This document shows, in pieces, positions 9,418 through 19,543 of a DNA stretch of 64,000 nucleotides; within the stretch, counting starts at the first letter, position 1, and each line of letters starts with the position of its first letter. The notes under the pieces are model-generated. The model did not search any database and was not told the DNA's origin. It saw nothing but the letters and a program-made list of their open reading frames with translations. This DNA comes from an uncultured Clostridia bacterium (lineage in GTDB: Bacteria > Bacillota > Clostridia > Christensenellales > CAG-314), in assembly GCA_944364615.1 (NCBI GenBank), contig CALVWF010000001.1:193840-257839 (forward strand), in the 5' to 3' direction. The position numbers and the translations under genes are program-made.

Positions 9418-10329
9418 ATGAAATACGGAGAATGGGTAAGAAGTTGGCTGGAATACAAAATCAGACCGACAACAAAACAATGGACTTACAACAGATACGA
9501 AATTTTGGAAAAGCGGCACATTTTGCCGGAACTGGGCGAAATGGATATCGACGATCTGACTCCTTTTATACTGCAAAAATTTATTGTTGCGCTGTCGGAA
9601 AAAGGACTGTCGGCAAGCACGGTCAACATAATTATTTCCGTGCTGAAAAATTCACTCGATTCCGCAGTGAGGTTCGGTGTAGCGGAAACTCAGTATGCCG
9701 ACAAAATAATACGGCCGAAATCGGTAGAAAAACAAGTGGTATGTTTTACAAAAGAAGAGCAAAAAAAGATAGAAACTTATATATTGGAAAAACGTACGCC
9801 CAGATTGTACGGAATCATGCTGTGCCTGTATTCGGGCATACGTCTGGGAGAATTGCTTGCGTTGAAATGGGAGGACCTCAACTTGTCAGACGGCTTGCTG
9901 ACCGTGTCTAAGTCCTGTCACGACAGTTGGGAAAATGGCGTTTATACCAAAGTAACGGGCACACCCAAAACTCCCAGTTCGGTACGGCTGATACCGTTGC
10001 CGTTCAGGCTGTTGCCCTATCTTGCGGATGCTCGTTCGAAATCGGACAGTCAATACATTGTAAGTCACGATTGCCCGCAGGGCGAAAAGGTGCGCTCCTA
10101 CCAGAAAATGTTTGAAACATTGTTAAAGAGATTGCACATAGAACACAAGGGATTTCATTCGCTGCGGCACACTTTTGCCACCAGAGCGCTCGAATGCGGA
10201 ATGGACGTAAAATCACTGTCGGAAATTTTAGGGCACAAAAACCCTACCGTAACGCTTAACAGATACGTGCACAGTCTGCTGGAACACAAACAAAACATGA
10301 TGAACCGTCTCGGAGAAATGCTTCCATAA
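9418..10329 (+). CDS. Tyrosine site-specific recombinase/integrase (core-binding and catalytic domains only)
   Basis: C-terminal HSLRHTFATRALECGMDVKSLSEILGHKNPTVTLNRYVH (R..HxxR..Y catalytic signature), with an upstream RLGELLAL Arg box. At 303 aa it lacks an N-terminal arm-binding domain. Confidence 0.9.
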   Translation: MKYGEWVRSWLEYKIRPTTKQWTYNRYEILEKRHILPELGEMDIDDLTPFILQKFIVALSEKGLSASTVNIIISVLKNSLDSAVRFGVAETQYADKIIRPKSVEKQVVCFTKEEQKKIETYILEKRTPRLYGIMLCLYSGIRLGELLALKWEDLNLSDGLLTVSKSCHDSWENGVYTKVTGTPKTPSSVRLIPLPFRLLPYLADARSKSDSQYIVSHDCPQGEKVRSYQKMFETLLKRLHIEHKGFHSLRHTFATRALECGMDVKSLSEILGHKNPTVTLNRYVHSLLEHKQNMMNRLGEMLP

Positions 10330-10575
10330 AAAAAAGCGGAGTTTAATCCGCATTACTAATACATAAAATAATCTATTACATGTACATTTTATAGACTAAG
10401 TATAGCACAACAGCCAAGAACCTGCAATTAAAAATGAATAAACTTTATAAAAAAGTTACGGTTAAATGACATATACAACGGTAAATCTTCCCACACATCC
10501 ACACAGAATAGATTATTCTGTGAACAAGCGGAAATCTGTTTATGACATTAATTACATTTGGGAGGTTTATTGGTA

Positions 10576-11400
10576 ATGAAAAAAGCAATTTCCGTAATGG
10601 CAATATTGCTGGCAATGGTCTGTACTCTGACCGCTTGCGCTCCTGCGCAGACAAGCCTTGAATACGAGTGGGATCGCGGCGGCTACTACAATGTAGTAGG
10701 ACTTGGCAATGCGCAAGGTCCTGAAGTTGTCATTCCCGCAACTTACGACGACGAACCCGTAAAGGCTCTCTGCTACTACGCCGCAACGGTGTCTACTCTC
10801 GGTTACGACAAGGACAGTTCTTTAAACGAGGCGGACATCAAGACGTTGGATGCAAGAGTAATCGATTACTTCGGTCTCGGCTCATTGAAGAAGCTGACAG
10901 GACTTGAAACGCTGTATATTTCCTCTTTGTTGGCTCAGAAGAGCGGTAGCAGTCCAATGTTCCGTCTGTGGTATTTGTTCGAAACGGAGGAAGGCAGTCT
11001 GAATACCGACGGCAAAGAGGCAAGAGACAGTCTTAAAACGCTTATATATGCTCCGAGCGAATCGAATTTGAACAAAAGCGTCGAAGAAAAATTTGCTTAC
11101 TTCAGCAATCTGGAAACGATCGTTATCGAAGGCTATTGTCCTGTACTGATGCAGGGCGATTTCTACAGCACAGGTCTGAAACATCTGTACTTGCCTAAAG
11201 ACGTCAGGGGTATTGAATATTTCGCTTTGGAAGGAGTCGGTCGTGACAGCGCAAGTTCTTTCGTAATCCACTACGAGGGTACCGAAGAGGAATGGAATGC
11301 CATCGAAAAGGAAGAAAACTGGGACGCTTGCAGATACAACGCTAATCAATACGAGAAGGCTAATTACACGATTGAGTTTCAATCTGTATATGAAGGTTAA
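10576..11400 (+). CDS. Putative lipoprotein, possibly BspA-type leucine-rich-repeat-like
   Basis: Signal peptide with lipobox MKKAISVMAILLAMVCTLTAC. Segments such as VVIPATYDDEPVKAL and a C-terminal HYEGTEEEWNAIEKEENWD are common in BspA-like surface proteins. Start moved to the ATG at 10576 after GGAGG. Confidence 0.6.
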   Translation: MKKAISVMAILLAMVCTLTACAPAQTSLEYEWDRGGYYNVVGLGNAQGPEVVIPATYDDEPVKALCYYAATVSTLGYDKDSSLNEADIKTLDARVIDYFGLGSLKKLTGLETLYISSLLAQKSGSSPMFRLWYLFETEEGSLNTDGKEARDSLKTLIYAPSESNLNKSVEEKFAYFSNLETIVIEGYCPVLMQGDFYSTGLKHLYLPKDVRGIEYFALEGVGRDSASSFVIHYEGTEEEWNAIEKEENWDACRYNANQYEKANYTIEFQSVYEG

Positions 11401-11419
11401 AATTTAAGGAGATTTCGAC

Positions 11420-12004
11420 ATGAAAAATTTAGCAGGTAAAATTTTGTGGACATTGGCAACTATATTGCCGTTTATACTGACTTTAGTGGGATCTTTTGTG
11501 GTAGGTGACAACGCTTTCCAAATATATTTTATTGCATTGTGGTGGATGACTATATCATGGCTTATAGTACTGGCAAGTGCGGTTCTTATGTGGCTCAACA
11601 AAACTTCCAAGTCCATTGCTCTGTATTTCGTGGCAATTATATTCTACGACGTTGTAATGGTTATTTCTTCAGGATTTGCAAGCGATTCTGACATAGTTTC
11701 GGCTATTGGAGTAGTGTTTATTATAATATTCAGCATTGTTCCCGCAATAAAGTTGCTGTTCGGCAAAAACATTAAAAGTCTGAAATCAGCAATGGTACTT
11801 CTTATACTGTGTACCGTATTCCGTATGTTGTTCGGTATTGCCAGCGTAGGCATCTTCCTGGTAACACCTCTTCCTTTCCTCCCCTTTACGGGATTTTGGC
11901 CTTCAAACCTGTTCCCCTTGATGGCAATAATCGCTATAGGACTGTGCAACAAATCTCTGAAAAAAGACTTACAATCTCAGCCCGTCGAAACGACGCAACA
12001 ATAA
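11420..12004 (+). CDS. Hypothetical polytopic membrane protein (~6 TM)
   Basis: RBS AAGGAG. Hydrophobic throughout. No recognisable motif. Confidence 0.55.
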   Translation: MKNLAGKILWTLATILPFILTLVGSFVVGDNAFQIYFIALWWMTISWLIVLASAVLMWLNKTSKSIALYFVAIIFYDVVMVISSGFASDSDIVSAIGVVFIIIFSIVPAIKLLFGKNIKSLKSAMVLLILCTVFRMLFGIASVGIFLVTPLPFLPFTGFWPSNLFPLMAIIAIGLCNKSLKKDLQSQPVETTQQ

Positions 12005-12144
12005 TCTGTCGGCATTAAAATCAAATTCATATAATGTTACTCCTCCGTCGGGAAATAAATATTCCGCGGACATATGCCGCAACATTTCAGACGGCGTGCA
12101 AGTCATTGATCTCAAATACCCCGTTATTGGTTTTAATGCGATAG

Positions 12145-12173
12145 GGTCAGGCAATCAGCCTGACCTTTTTTTT
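12145..12173 (+). terminator. Rho-independent terminator
   Basis: ggtcaggc / gcctgacc stem followed by T8. Confidence 0.7.
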
Positions 12174-12371
12174 ACTTCAAGGCGCCTTTAAATTTTTATT
12201 TTTACCGTCCGTTAGACTATTTGCCGTTTAATTTCGACGGATGTACGTTTATATAATATAAGATTAAAAAACATTGTTAAAAAAATATGACATTAATAAG
12301 AAAGACTATTGACTATTTTCATTTTACAATATATACTATATATACTGTAAAAGTTTCAAGGAGGAAGTTCG

Positions 12372-12707
12372 ATGACTTGCAAAAACTGTGGCAAAGAATT
12401 CAGCGACGGTGCATTTTGTCCGTACTGCGGTACGCCTCAATACACTCAGTCCGTATATAAGTCAACCGACGGATCCAGTGTGGGCTACGCTATTTTGTGC
12501 TTTTTCTTTCCCATAATAGGGCTTATTTTATATCTTGTATGGAAAGACGAATATCCTTTACGCGCTAAATCCTGTGGTAAGGGAGCACTTATCTCAGTTA
12601 TAGTGAATGCCGTATTGGTAGTTCTTTACATTTTATTGATAGTAATAATTATTGCTATCGGAGTGGGAAGCGCTGGAATGTACTACGGTGCATTGGCGTT
12701 ACTTTAA
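12372..12707 (+). CDS. Zinc-ribbon (CxxC..CxxC) plus 2-TM membrane protein, paralog A
   Basis: MTCKNCGKEFSDGAFCPYCG zinc ribbon, then GYAILCFFFPIIGLILYLVWKDEYPLRAKSCGKGALI and a second TM. RBS GGAGGAAG. Confidence 0.7.
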   Translation: MTCKNCGKEFSDGAFCPYCGTPQYTQSVYKSTDGSSVGYAILCFFFPIIGLILYLVWKDEYPLRAKSCGKGALISVIVNAVLVVLYILLIVIIIAIGVGSAGMYYGALALL

Positions 12708-12844
12708 GACAACTGCGACGATGCACACTGTTTTTTAACGGTGTACGGCATTTTGATTTTAAGCATTTAAAATGACGGTATATTGTCGTAGAAAACGCCG
12801 ATGTATTGCATTTTAGAATAATTAAACCAAGGAGGGGTACTTTT

Positions 12845-13165
12845 ATGACTTGCAAAAACTGTGGTAAAGAGTTTGAAGGAGGCACATTCTGTCCTCATTG
12901 CGGAGCATCACAGGTTTCTGCCAACAACACGACAAGAGCGGACGACGCTCCAAGCACAGGATACGCCGTTCTGGGATTCTTCTTCCCGCTGATCGGTTTG
13001 ATACTGTATCTTGTCTGGAAAGCCGAACGCCCGCTGCGTGCTAAATCATGCGGAAAGGGTGCACTGATCGGATTTATCGTAGGAATTATTTTCTCCGTAA
13101 TTTCCAATCTGCTCATCGTGCCCATGATTATGCAAATGAGCGGTATGTATGGAATGTTGCTTTAA
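12845..13165 (+). CDS. Zinc-ribbon plus 2-TM membrane protein, paralog B
   Basis: MTCKNCGKEFEGGTFCPHCG...GYAVLGFFFPLIGLILYLVWKAERPLRAKSCGKGALIG. Start moved to the ATG at 12845 after AGGAGGGG. Confidence 0.7.
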   Translation: MTCKNCGKEFEGGTFCPHCGASQVSANNTTRADDAPSTGYAVLGFFFPLIGLILYLVWKAERPLRAKSCGKGALIGFIVGIIFSVISNLLIVPMIMQMSGMYGMLL

Positions 13166-13188
13166 AATGTATCTGTAAAAGTGAAAAA

Positions 13189-13216
13189 GTCACAACTTAA
13201 CGGTTGTGACTTTTTT
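13189..13216 (+). terminator. Rho-independent terminator after the zinc-ribbon pair
   Basis: gtcacaac / gttgtgac stem followed by T6. Confidence 0.7.
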
Positions 13217-13241
13217 GCTGTGTTGATTGTTTGCGTTACGG

Positions 13242-13273
13242 CAAAAAAAACCGCAGTTGAACACTGCGGTTTT
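13242..13273. terminator. Bidirectional terminator (serves the MATE gene on the minus strand)
   Basis: A9 - ccgcagt / actgcgg - TTTT. Confidence 0.6.
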
Positions 13274-13353
13274 AAAATTGACGATGTATTTGCCTTGACA
13301 AATTTAAACGCTTAATGACCGTCGGTACATTAGTCCGTTCAAACAACGGCGTT

Positions 13354-14751
13354 TTATTGCAACTGAGGTTGTTGCCATTGATTTTCCGTGGCGTCGATTT
13401 TGCGGCACAGTCTCTTGAAAAGCACCAGAAATGTAATAAATGCAACGATAAAGGTAAGCAACCAGGATGCGGGATAAGACCAATAGACGTTTTGTAAAAC
13501 GGGATCGAGCGGGAAAATGCAGTATATCCAGAAGATACGGAACACGCATGTGCCCAGCAACACTATCACCATGGGGGTCATAGAATAGCCGATTCCTCTC
13601 ATTGAGAAGTTGACGACTTCCATCGCTCCGTTAAGAAAATATGTACCGTTCATTATCAGCATACCGATAAACGCTATTTTCATTACTTCGGGATTTTTGT
13701 TGTAAATGGAAATAAGCGGATCTGCCAACAGCAGTTCCATACCACCCACGAATATACCTACGCACACCGTAAGTCCGAGACACAGCCAGAACGCTTTCTT
13801 GATACGGTCGGTTTTACGCGCGCCGAGATTCTGCCCTATTACGGTAATTGCCGTGTTGCTGACAGAGTTCATGCAGGTATACACAAATCCTTCCAGACTG
13901 CTTGCTACGGAGTTTCCCGCCATTACAATATCGCCGAAACCGTTTATAGTGGACTGAATGAGCATGTTGGAAATGGAAAACAGTGCTCCCTGAATTCCCG
14001 ACGGTAAACCTACCCTTACAATATCTATAAGCGCGCGCTTGTGTATACGCATACGACGGAAACTGAATTGAGCAAATCCCTTATTACGGGCAAGCGCGAC
14101 TACAACCATTACCGCGGAAATCGCCTGCGACATGATAGTGGCATACGCAACGCCGGCAACGCCCATTTTAAACACCACAACGGAAATTATGTTTATGATG
14201 ACGTTGACAATGCCGGCAATCGTCAGGTAGAGCAACGGACGTTTGGAGTCGCCGGTAGAACGCATTACCGATGCGCCGAAGTTGTAGACGAGGTTGAAAG
14301 GCGCACCCAGAAAGTAAATGGTCAGATACTGTGTGGAAAGGTCAATTACATTGTCCGGAGTGTTCATAAGTTCCAGCAAACTGCGACTGGTAAACACCCC
14401 GATGATCATGACCACTATTCCCGACACAAACGCTACGGGTAAAGATGTGTGCAGAATCTTGTCTCCGTATTCCTTGTTTTTGGCACCGTAACAACGAGCC
14501 ATTGCCACACCTGTACCGACAGACAGTCCCATAAACAAATTCAATATAAGGTTTACAAGACTGTTGGTAGAACCGACAGCAGCCAGTGCCTGGTCGCTGA
14601 CCAACTGTCCCACTACCGCCATATCCGCCGCGTTGAACAAAAGTTGCAAAACGCCGGTCAGCATTACCGGCAATGTGAAACTTACTATTTTACCGAACAG
14701 TTTGCCATGCGTCATGTCAAGTTCGGTCTTGATTTTTTTCGCTTTTTCCAC
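13354..14751 (-). CDS. MATE family multidrug/toxin efflux transporter
   Basis: ...LFGKIVSFTLPVMLTGVLQLLFNAADMAVVGQ... and 12 TM segments typical of NorM/DinF-like MATE. Start is uncertain. I favour the GTG at 14751 after GGGGGAA. The ORF track extends to a TTG at 14799. Confidence 0.85.
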   Translation of the reverse strand: MEKAKKIKTELDMTHGKLFGKIVSFTLPVMLTGVLQLLFNAADMAVVGQLVSDQALAAVGSTNSLVNLILNLFMGLSVGTGVAMARCYGAKNKEYGDKILHTSLPVAFVSGIVVMIIGVFTSRSLLELMNTPDNVIDLSTQYLTIYFLGAPFNLVYNFGASVMRSTGDSKRPLLYLTIAGIVNVIINIISVVVFKMGVAGVAYATIMSQAISAVMVVVALARNKGFAQFSFRRMRIHKRALIDIVRVGLPSGIQGALFSISNMLIQSTINGFGDIVMAGNSVASSLEGFVYTCMNSVSNTAITVIGQNLGARKTDRIKKAFWLCLGLTVCVGIFVGGMELLLADPLISIYNKNPEVMKIAFIGMLIMNGTYFLNGAMEVVNFSMRGIGYSMTPMVIVLLGTCVFRIFWIYCIFPLDPVLQNVYWSYPASWLLTFIVAFITFLVLFKRLCRKIDATENQWQQPQLQ

Positions 14752-15037
14752 GATTTTCCCCCGATTGGTTTGTAATATATTGTAGACCTGTTGAGACAAG
14801 TTGTCAAACTAAAATTGCATTTGTACCGAAATGATTGCCCTTCAATGACGGTTTGCATTTAAATTGGCGTAAATTAATTGCAAACGGTGAAAAACAGCCT
14901 GTCTTCAAAAACAAAACGCACGAAAACAGACTGCCTTTATATAACTTTATCACTTAAAACTTGATTGCAGCGTTCTTCTGACGCCGATGCGCCCTCGCAT
15001 TAATTCCTGCGTGTCCGACGGCGCCCCCCGTCAATCG

Positions 15038-15475
15038 TCACAATACCTTGTACATGTTGATGTGCATGCAGGAATACTTCACGGGGAAAGGCTGACCGTA
15101 TTCCACGCAACCGAAAGTGTGATAAAAATCCACAAGATGAACGCGAGCATGAAACCAGACCGCCTCCGCACCGAGTTCACGTACTACGGACATACCTTTG
15201 TTTATAAGCGCGGTAGCAAAACCTTTTCCCCTGTAATCGGGATGCGTGCACAGCGCGCGCATGCGATACTGATTTTTGTAGGGTAAGTCGGGATTGTCCT
15301 TTTTGAAAAAAGTAACGCAACTGACAATCTTTCCGTCCATGCGTATTCCCAGATTAAAACTGTCTTCGTCGTTGTCCTCGTCGTACATTACAAAGGAAAC
15401 GTCCATTCCGGGACGCATCACGTCGCGCCTCAAATTGAGTATATCCTGCGTAGCAACTCTCTCTATCTCTGTCAT
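15038..15475 (-). CDS. GNAT family N-acetyltransferase
   Basis: Acetyl-CoA motif A region RALCTHPDYRGKGFATALI. Overlaps the upstream gene's stop by 4 nt. Confidence 0.8.
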   Translation of the reverse strand: MTEIERVATQDILNLRRDVMRPGMDVSFVMYDEDNDEDSFNLGIRMDGKIVSCVTFFKKDNPDLPYKNQYRMRALCTHPDYRGKGFATALINKGMSVVRELGAEAVWFHARVHLVDFYHTFGCVEYGQPFPVKYSCMHINMYKVL

Positions 15476-16401
15476 TTTTGTTTTTCTCCCTTGCGATTTT
15501 TCGCAACGTATTTATACCGCAACGTACTGCCCAGCGAGTCGGTAACGTCGTTGATTACGACAAAAGCGTTTGGGTCGGTCGCCACAACGATTTCTTTAAG
15601 TTTGTTTATTTCAAAACGGTTGACCACACAGTACAATACCGTTTTGTTTGTCTGCGAATAGTAACCTTCCGCGTCTATCACAGTCACTCCTCTGCCGAAT
15701 TGCTGCGTCAACTGTCCCGCAAGTTCCTCCTTGTGGTCGGTGATTATAAACGCCGACTTGGCCTTGTCGAGACCGTCTACGATAAAGTCCACCGCTTTAA
15801 GCCCTATTGCGTAGGCTATCACCGAATACAATGCAACGCTCCACTGTCCCGTAAGTATAGCGGCAATTCCGTAAAGCACGAGGTTGTAACACATGATAAA
15901 CGTACCCACGGTTGCACCCAGTTTTTTTGCGAAAATTATTGCCAGAACTTCCACCCCGTCAATTGCTCCGCCGAAACGTATTGTTGTACCGCTTCCTATA
16001 CCCGAAACTATACCTCCGAATAGTGCGCACAGCAACAGATCGTTTCCCGCTATTGGCGAACCCGCCGAAAAGTCTATTGGAAACACTTGCTGAAACAAAA
16101 ACGCAAACAGCGAATATACGGCTATTGCATACAGAGAATACACAATGAATCTCATTCCCAGTTTGCGGTAGCCGAACAGAAAGAATGGCACGTTCAACAC
16201 CAACAGAAATATGCTCATGTCAACGACAGTCACATCCGCAAGTATCATGGATGTTCCTGAAAATCCGCCGTCGTACAATCCGACAGCCCCCAGAAACAGC
16301 GTTACGCCCACTGCGTTGACAACGCCCGCAAAAGTGAGAAATATAAAGTTTGTCCACTGTAATTTTTTGAACAAATTTGTTTTTCCGGCCAATTTGAACA
16401 C
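15472..16401 (-). CDS. YitT family membrane protein (DUF161 repeats plus C-terminal DUF2179)
   Basis: N-terminal TM region with ...LYDGGFSGTSMIL.... C-terminal soluble domain ...GVTVIDAEGYYSQTNKTVLYCVVNRFEINKLKEIV.... The exact start (GTG 16401 or TTG 16392) is uncertain. Confidence 0.75.
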   Translation of the reverse strand: MFKLAGKTNLFKKLQWTNFIFLTFAGVVNAVGVTLFLGAVGLYDGGFSGTSMILADVTVVDMSIFLLVLNVPFFLFGYRKLGMRFIVYSLYAIAVYSLFAFLFQQVFPIDFSAGSPIAGNDLLLCALFGGIVSGIGSGTTIRFGGAIDGVEVLAIIFAKKLGATVGTFIMCYNLVLYGIAAILTGQWSVALYSVIAYAIGLKAVDFIVDGLDKAKSAFIITDHKEELAGQLTQQFGRGVTVIDAEGYYSQTNKTVLYCVVNRFEINKLKEIVVATDPNAFVVINDVTDSLGSTLRYKYVAKNRKGEKQK

Positions 16402-16669
16402 CTCCGATGTTTTAAGGCATATTTAATTTAACGATTATATTATTATATATAAAATTGCAACTAAAATCAATGACTATACGTCATTATTTACAAAACATTG
16501 ACAACACGTATTTTATGACGATTGCTCCACCGTCAGCACGATTGCCATTACTGTAATACAGTTAATTGCAAATCATGCTTAAATGTAATGTTAAGCGATA
16601 AATGTAAGATATTCGACAAACCGTTTACAAATGTATAATTATGTGTTATTATCTTACCAGAGGTAAATT

Positions 16670-17284
16670 ATGAAAGAAGATCTGAGAATAACAAAATCCA
16701 AAAGAGATCTGCGCAATGCAATGATGAGTCTTTTGAAGACTCACACTTTCGACAGCATCACGGTAAAGGAAATTTGCGACGTCGCTCTGATAAACAGAAT
16801 GACCTTCTACAAACACTACGAAGACAAATACGACTTGTTTAACGACACGGTAAGATTTACCATAAATACAATAAAGCAATCGGTAATGGACGAAATAAAA
16901 CCGCAGGATATGTTCAGTCAACCCGCAAAATTCTGCACTACAATCGTTTCGCTGTGTCTGGACGAATGTGTTACTCGCAAGGAACTGTTGCAACGTCTTG
17001 TGCAGCAGGACAACCCGCTTGTTTCGCAGATAATATTCGAATCGGTACAGGAAAGCGTAATGGAATTTTTAAAGATGCTGGACGCTTTGCTGGAAAGCAA
17101 ATACCCGCTGGAACTTGTAAGCAATTTCATCACCGGAGGAGCGAGTCACGCGATTTACTACTGGCTGTGCCACCCGAACAGTTATTCGAGGGAAAAATTC
17201 ATTTCAGCCTGCGAAGACTGCTTTACGCAGATAATGGAAAGCAGAATTTTCTTCCGACGTACTTTACCGCCGGAAAATCACTGA
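16670..17284 (+). CDS. TetR/AcrR family transcriptional regulator
   Basis: N-terminal HTH ...FDSITVKEICDVALINRMTFYKHYEDKYDLF.... Divergent from the yitT-like gene. Confidence 0.85.
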   Translation: MKEDLRITKSKRDLRNAMMSLLKTHTFDSITVKEICDVALINRMTFYKHYEDKYDLFNDTVRFTINTIKQSVMDEIKPQDMFSQPAKFCTTIVSLCLDECVTRKELLQRLVQQDNPLVSQIIFESVQESVMEFLKMLDALLESKYPLELVSNFITGGASHAIYYWLCHPNSYSREKFISACEDCFTQIMESRIFFRRTLPPENH

Positions 17285-17323
17285 AAAACAAAAAAGCCGT
17301 TGACGTTTGTCAACGGCTTTTTC

Positions 17324-18787
17324 TTATTCTACCTGACCGATGATATCTTTACCTTCCACAAAACTGTCAAACACACCGCTCATGTCGCTTCCGAACGCTT
17401 TGGAAAAACTGGACACCATATTCTGCGGATGTGCCACAGTCAGTTTGCAGTTGTTGTAATAATCGGACAATGCCTTGTAAAACTTCGTTTCGCCCATAGT
17501 CTGGTACAGCGAATAGAACATCAGGCTGGACTTGACGTATGTCATATAGACGTACTCGCTGTCCGACTTGTACTGCGGAATGGCACGCAGGGAAACGTCC
17601 AGTTTGCCGTACTGTCCCAACACATCGACATATGTCGTGTACGTGCGGAATGCGTTTTTGATTGACGTGTGCAGACTTCCTTCCTGAACGGTGTCCATAT
17701 AAAGCATAGTTACAAATTCCGTCAGTCCCTCGTCCATCCAGGCGTATTTTATCTGATCGTTTCCTATCAGTGCGTAAAACCACTGGTGAGCCGTTTCGTG
17801 TGCGGTAGCGGTGAGGTACTGCGAACTGCCCGATGTGACCAACGCGAGGTTGGGGTATTCCATTCCGCCGTAGCAGAAGTCCGCTTCCGCGACGTTAAAC
17901 ACGGAGTAAGGATATTTACCCACTTTTTCCGACAGATAACTCAGCATACCTGCCGCAACGGAAAGAGCGGATGCGCTGTCGCTGTCGGCAAAGTAATAGT
18001 AATTTACGGTGACGTCTCCCACCTGTTGTGACGTTACCTTAAATTTGTCCGACAACACCATTGCAAAATCTCTGACAGCCAATGCCGTATAGCGGTAAGT
18101 AGTACGCTGTTCTTCCGTCTTGCTTTCGGCAAGAGCGCCTGTCGACGCCACAAGAAATTCCGTCGGCACATTTACCGTAACGTCGTAATTTGCCACTTCC
18201 GTCACAAAAGGATCGCCTATATTGTAGTAAGGAGTACACTGAAATTCGCCGTCTTCCCAAAAACACAATACGGGATAGAAGTTGCCGAGATTTACGGTGT
18301 TGTTGCCGTAACCCAATCTGTGCAAGATGTTGGCAAGTTGAATTTCGTAAGTCATGTCCACTTCCACAGTCTGGAAAGGCTGTAAAGTTTCCTTCAACGG
18401 AACGGACAAAATGTCCATATCCTGTCCCTCTATTACATAAGGCACAGCCTCGCCGTTGCAACTGACGCTGTCAAACGTAATGTTTCCCCAACTGCTGCCG
18501 TTGGGATAGGCTTTACTGCGGTAGGAGGAAGTCACAACCGACCAACTCGCATCCTGACGGTACTGATTGGCATAAATGTGAAATTTGAGACTGTCCACCC
18601 CTTCATCCCACCTGTTGGTAACGGTGACGGTCTGCGTCGCGCTCAACTTGTGATTGTCGTTGTCGTAGGACATCACTATAGTGTAGTTGTCCGCATTGCG
18701 TGATTTTTCCTCGACAAAGTTGCCGTTGCAACCCACAAGGGCGAATAGCATTACCGCAAGTAACAATAATGTCAGAAATTTTTTCAT
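17324..18787 (-). CDS. M1 family zinc metallopeptidase (aminopeptidase N-like), lipoprotein
   Basis: HETAHQWF followed by WMDEGLTEF (HExxH-x18-E). Lipobox MKKFLTLLLLAVMLFALVGC. Confidence 0.85.
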   Translation of the reverse strand: MKKFLTLLLLAVMLFALVGCNGNFVEEKSRNADNYTIVMSYDNDNHKLSATQTVTVTNRWDEGVDSLKFHIYANQYRQDASWSVVTSSYRSKAYPNGSSWGNITFDSVSCNGEAVPYVIEGQDMDILSVPLKETLQPFQTVEVDMTYEIQLANILHRLGYGNNTVNLGNFYPVLCFWEDGEFQCTPYYNIGDPFVTEVANYDVTVNVPTEFLVASTGALAESKTEEQRTTYRYTALAVRDFAMVLSDKFKVTSQQVGDVTVNYYYFADSDSASALSVAAGMLSYLSEKVGKYPYSVFNVAEADFCYGGMEYPNLALVTSGSSQYLTATAHETAHQWFYALIGNDQIKYAWMDEGLTEFVTMLYMDTVQEGSLHTSIKNAFRTYTTYVDVLGQYGKLDVSLRAIPQYKSDSEYVYMTYVKSSLMFYSLYQTMGETKFYKALSDYYNNCKLTVAHPQNMVSSFSKAFGSDMSGVFDSFVEGKDIIGQVE

Positions 18788-18940
18788 ACTTCACTCCGCT
18801 TATTTTAAGTTATTTCACCAATACTATATTTGCAACGTCGTCGGTATATAACGCATACAAAACAAAAAAGGCGTTAAAACACGTCGAAATATTGAAAAAA
18901 ACAGCAAGTTGTGGTAAAATAATTAAAAAGGAGTAATAAA

Positions 18941-19471
18941 ATGCGATTGTTTATAGCCATTACTTTACCTGTGCAGGCAAAGACAAATCTTACACGCAAC
19001 ATCGAGCAGTTGAGCGCCTTTCTGACGTCAGGGAATATAGTTCCGCAGGACAACCTGCACATAACATTGCATTTTTTGGGAGAAACGCCCGACAGCAAAC
19101 TGATATATATTCAGTCCGCAATGGACAGTCTTAAAGGCATGGAAAAGCCGATGCTGGGAATAAGCGGTATTACCGCATTCCGTTCCGCGGATCTTATATG
19201 TGCCAGATACAAGCACAACAACGCTCTCATCGAAGTGCACAAAAAGTTGGGAGACGGACTTGAACAGGCGGGATTTTTCGTGGAAGACAGAGCGTACAGA
19301 CCGCACACCACTCTCATCAGAAAAGCAAGATTTTCACTGCCTTTCAGCGAAGTAAACAAGAACGTCACCGTGTATAACAAGCCGTTTGAAGCAGGTTGCA
19401 TCACACTTTACAGAACCCTCTTCGAGCAGGACGGAGTAAAGTACGTTCCCCTTTACAGCGTTGAACTGTAA
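18941..19471 (+). CDS. thpR: RNA 2',3'-cyclic phosphodiesterase (2H phosphoesterase, LigT/ThpR)
   Basis: Two HxT/S motifs: HITLHFLG and HTTLIRK. ~176 aa. Confidence 0.85.
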   Translation: MRLFIAITLPVQAKTNLTRNIEQLSAFLTSGNIVPQDNLHITLHFLGETPDSKLIYIQSAMDSLKGMEKPMLGISGITAFRSADLICARYKHNNALIEVHKKLGDGLEQAGFFVEDRAYRPHTTLIRKARFSLPFSEVNKNVTVYNKPFEAGCITLYRTLFEQDGVKYVPLYSVEL

Positions 19472-19508
19472 TTTTTAACAAAATCAAACTAAATAAAACC
19501 AAACAAAA

Positions 19509-19543
19509 AGGAAGGACTGACAAGTCCTTCCTTTATTGTTATT
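19509..19543 (+). terminator. Rho-independent terminator of thpR
   Basis: aggaaggact / agtccttcct stem (19509-19532), then the T-rich tract ttattgttatt. Confidence 0.75.

Noticed and set aside
9418-10329. The recombinase at 9.4 kb as the integrase responsible for the tRNA-Ser islet
   Set aside because: It is ~39 kb away, separated by housekeeping genes, and appears to lack an arm-binding domain. Nothing in the sequence links it to the 21-bp repeat.
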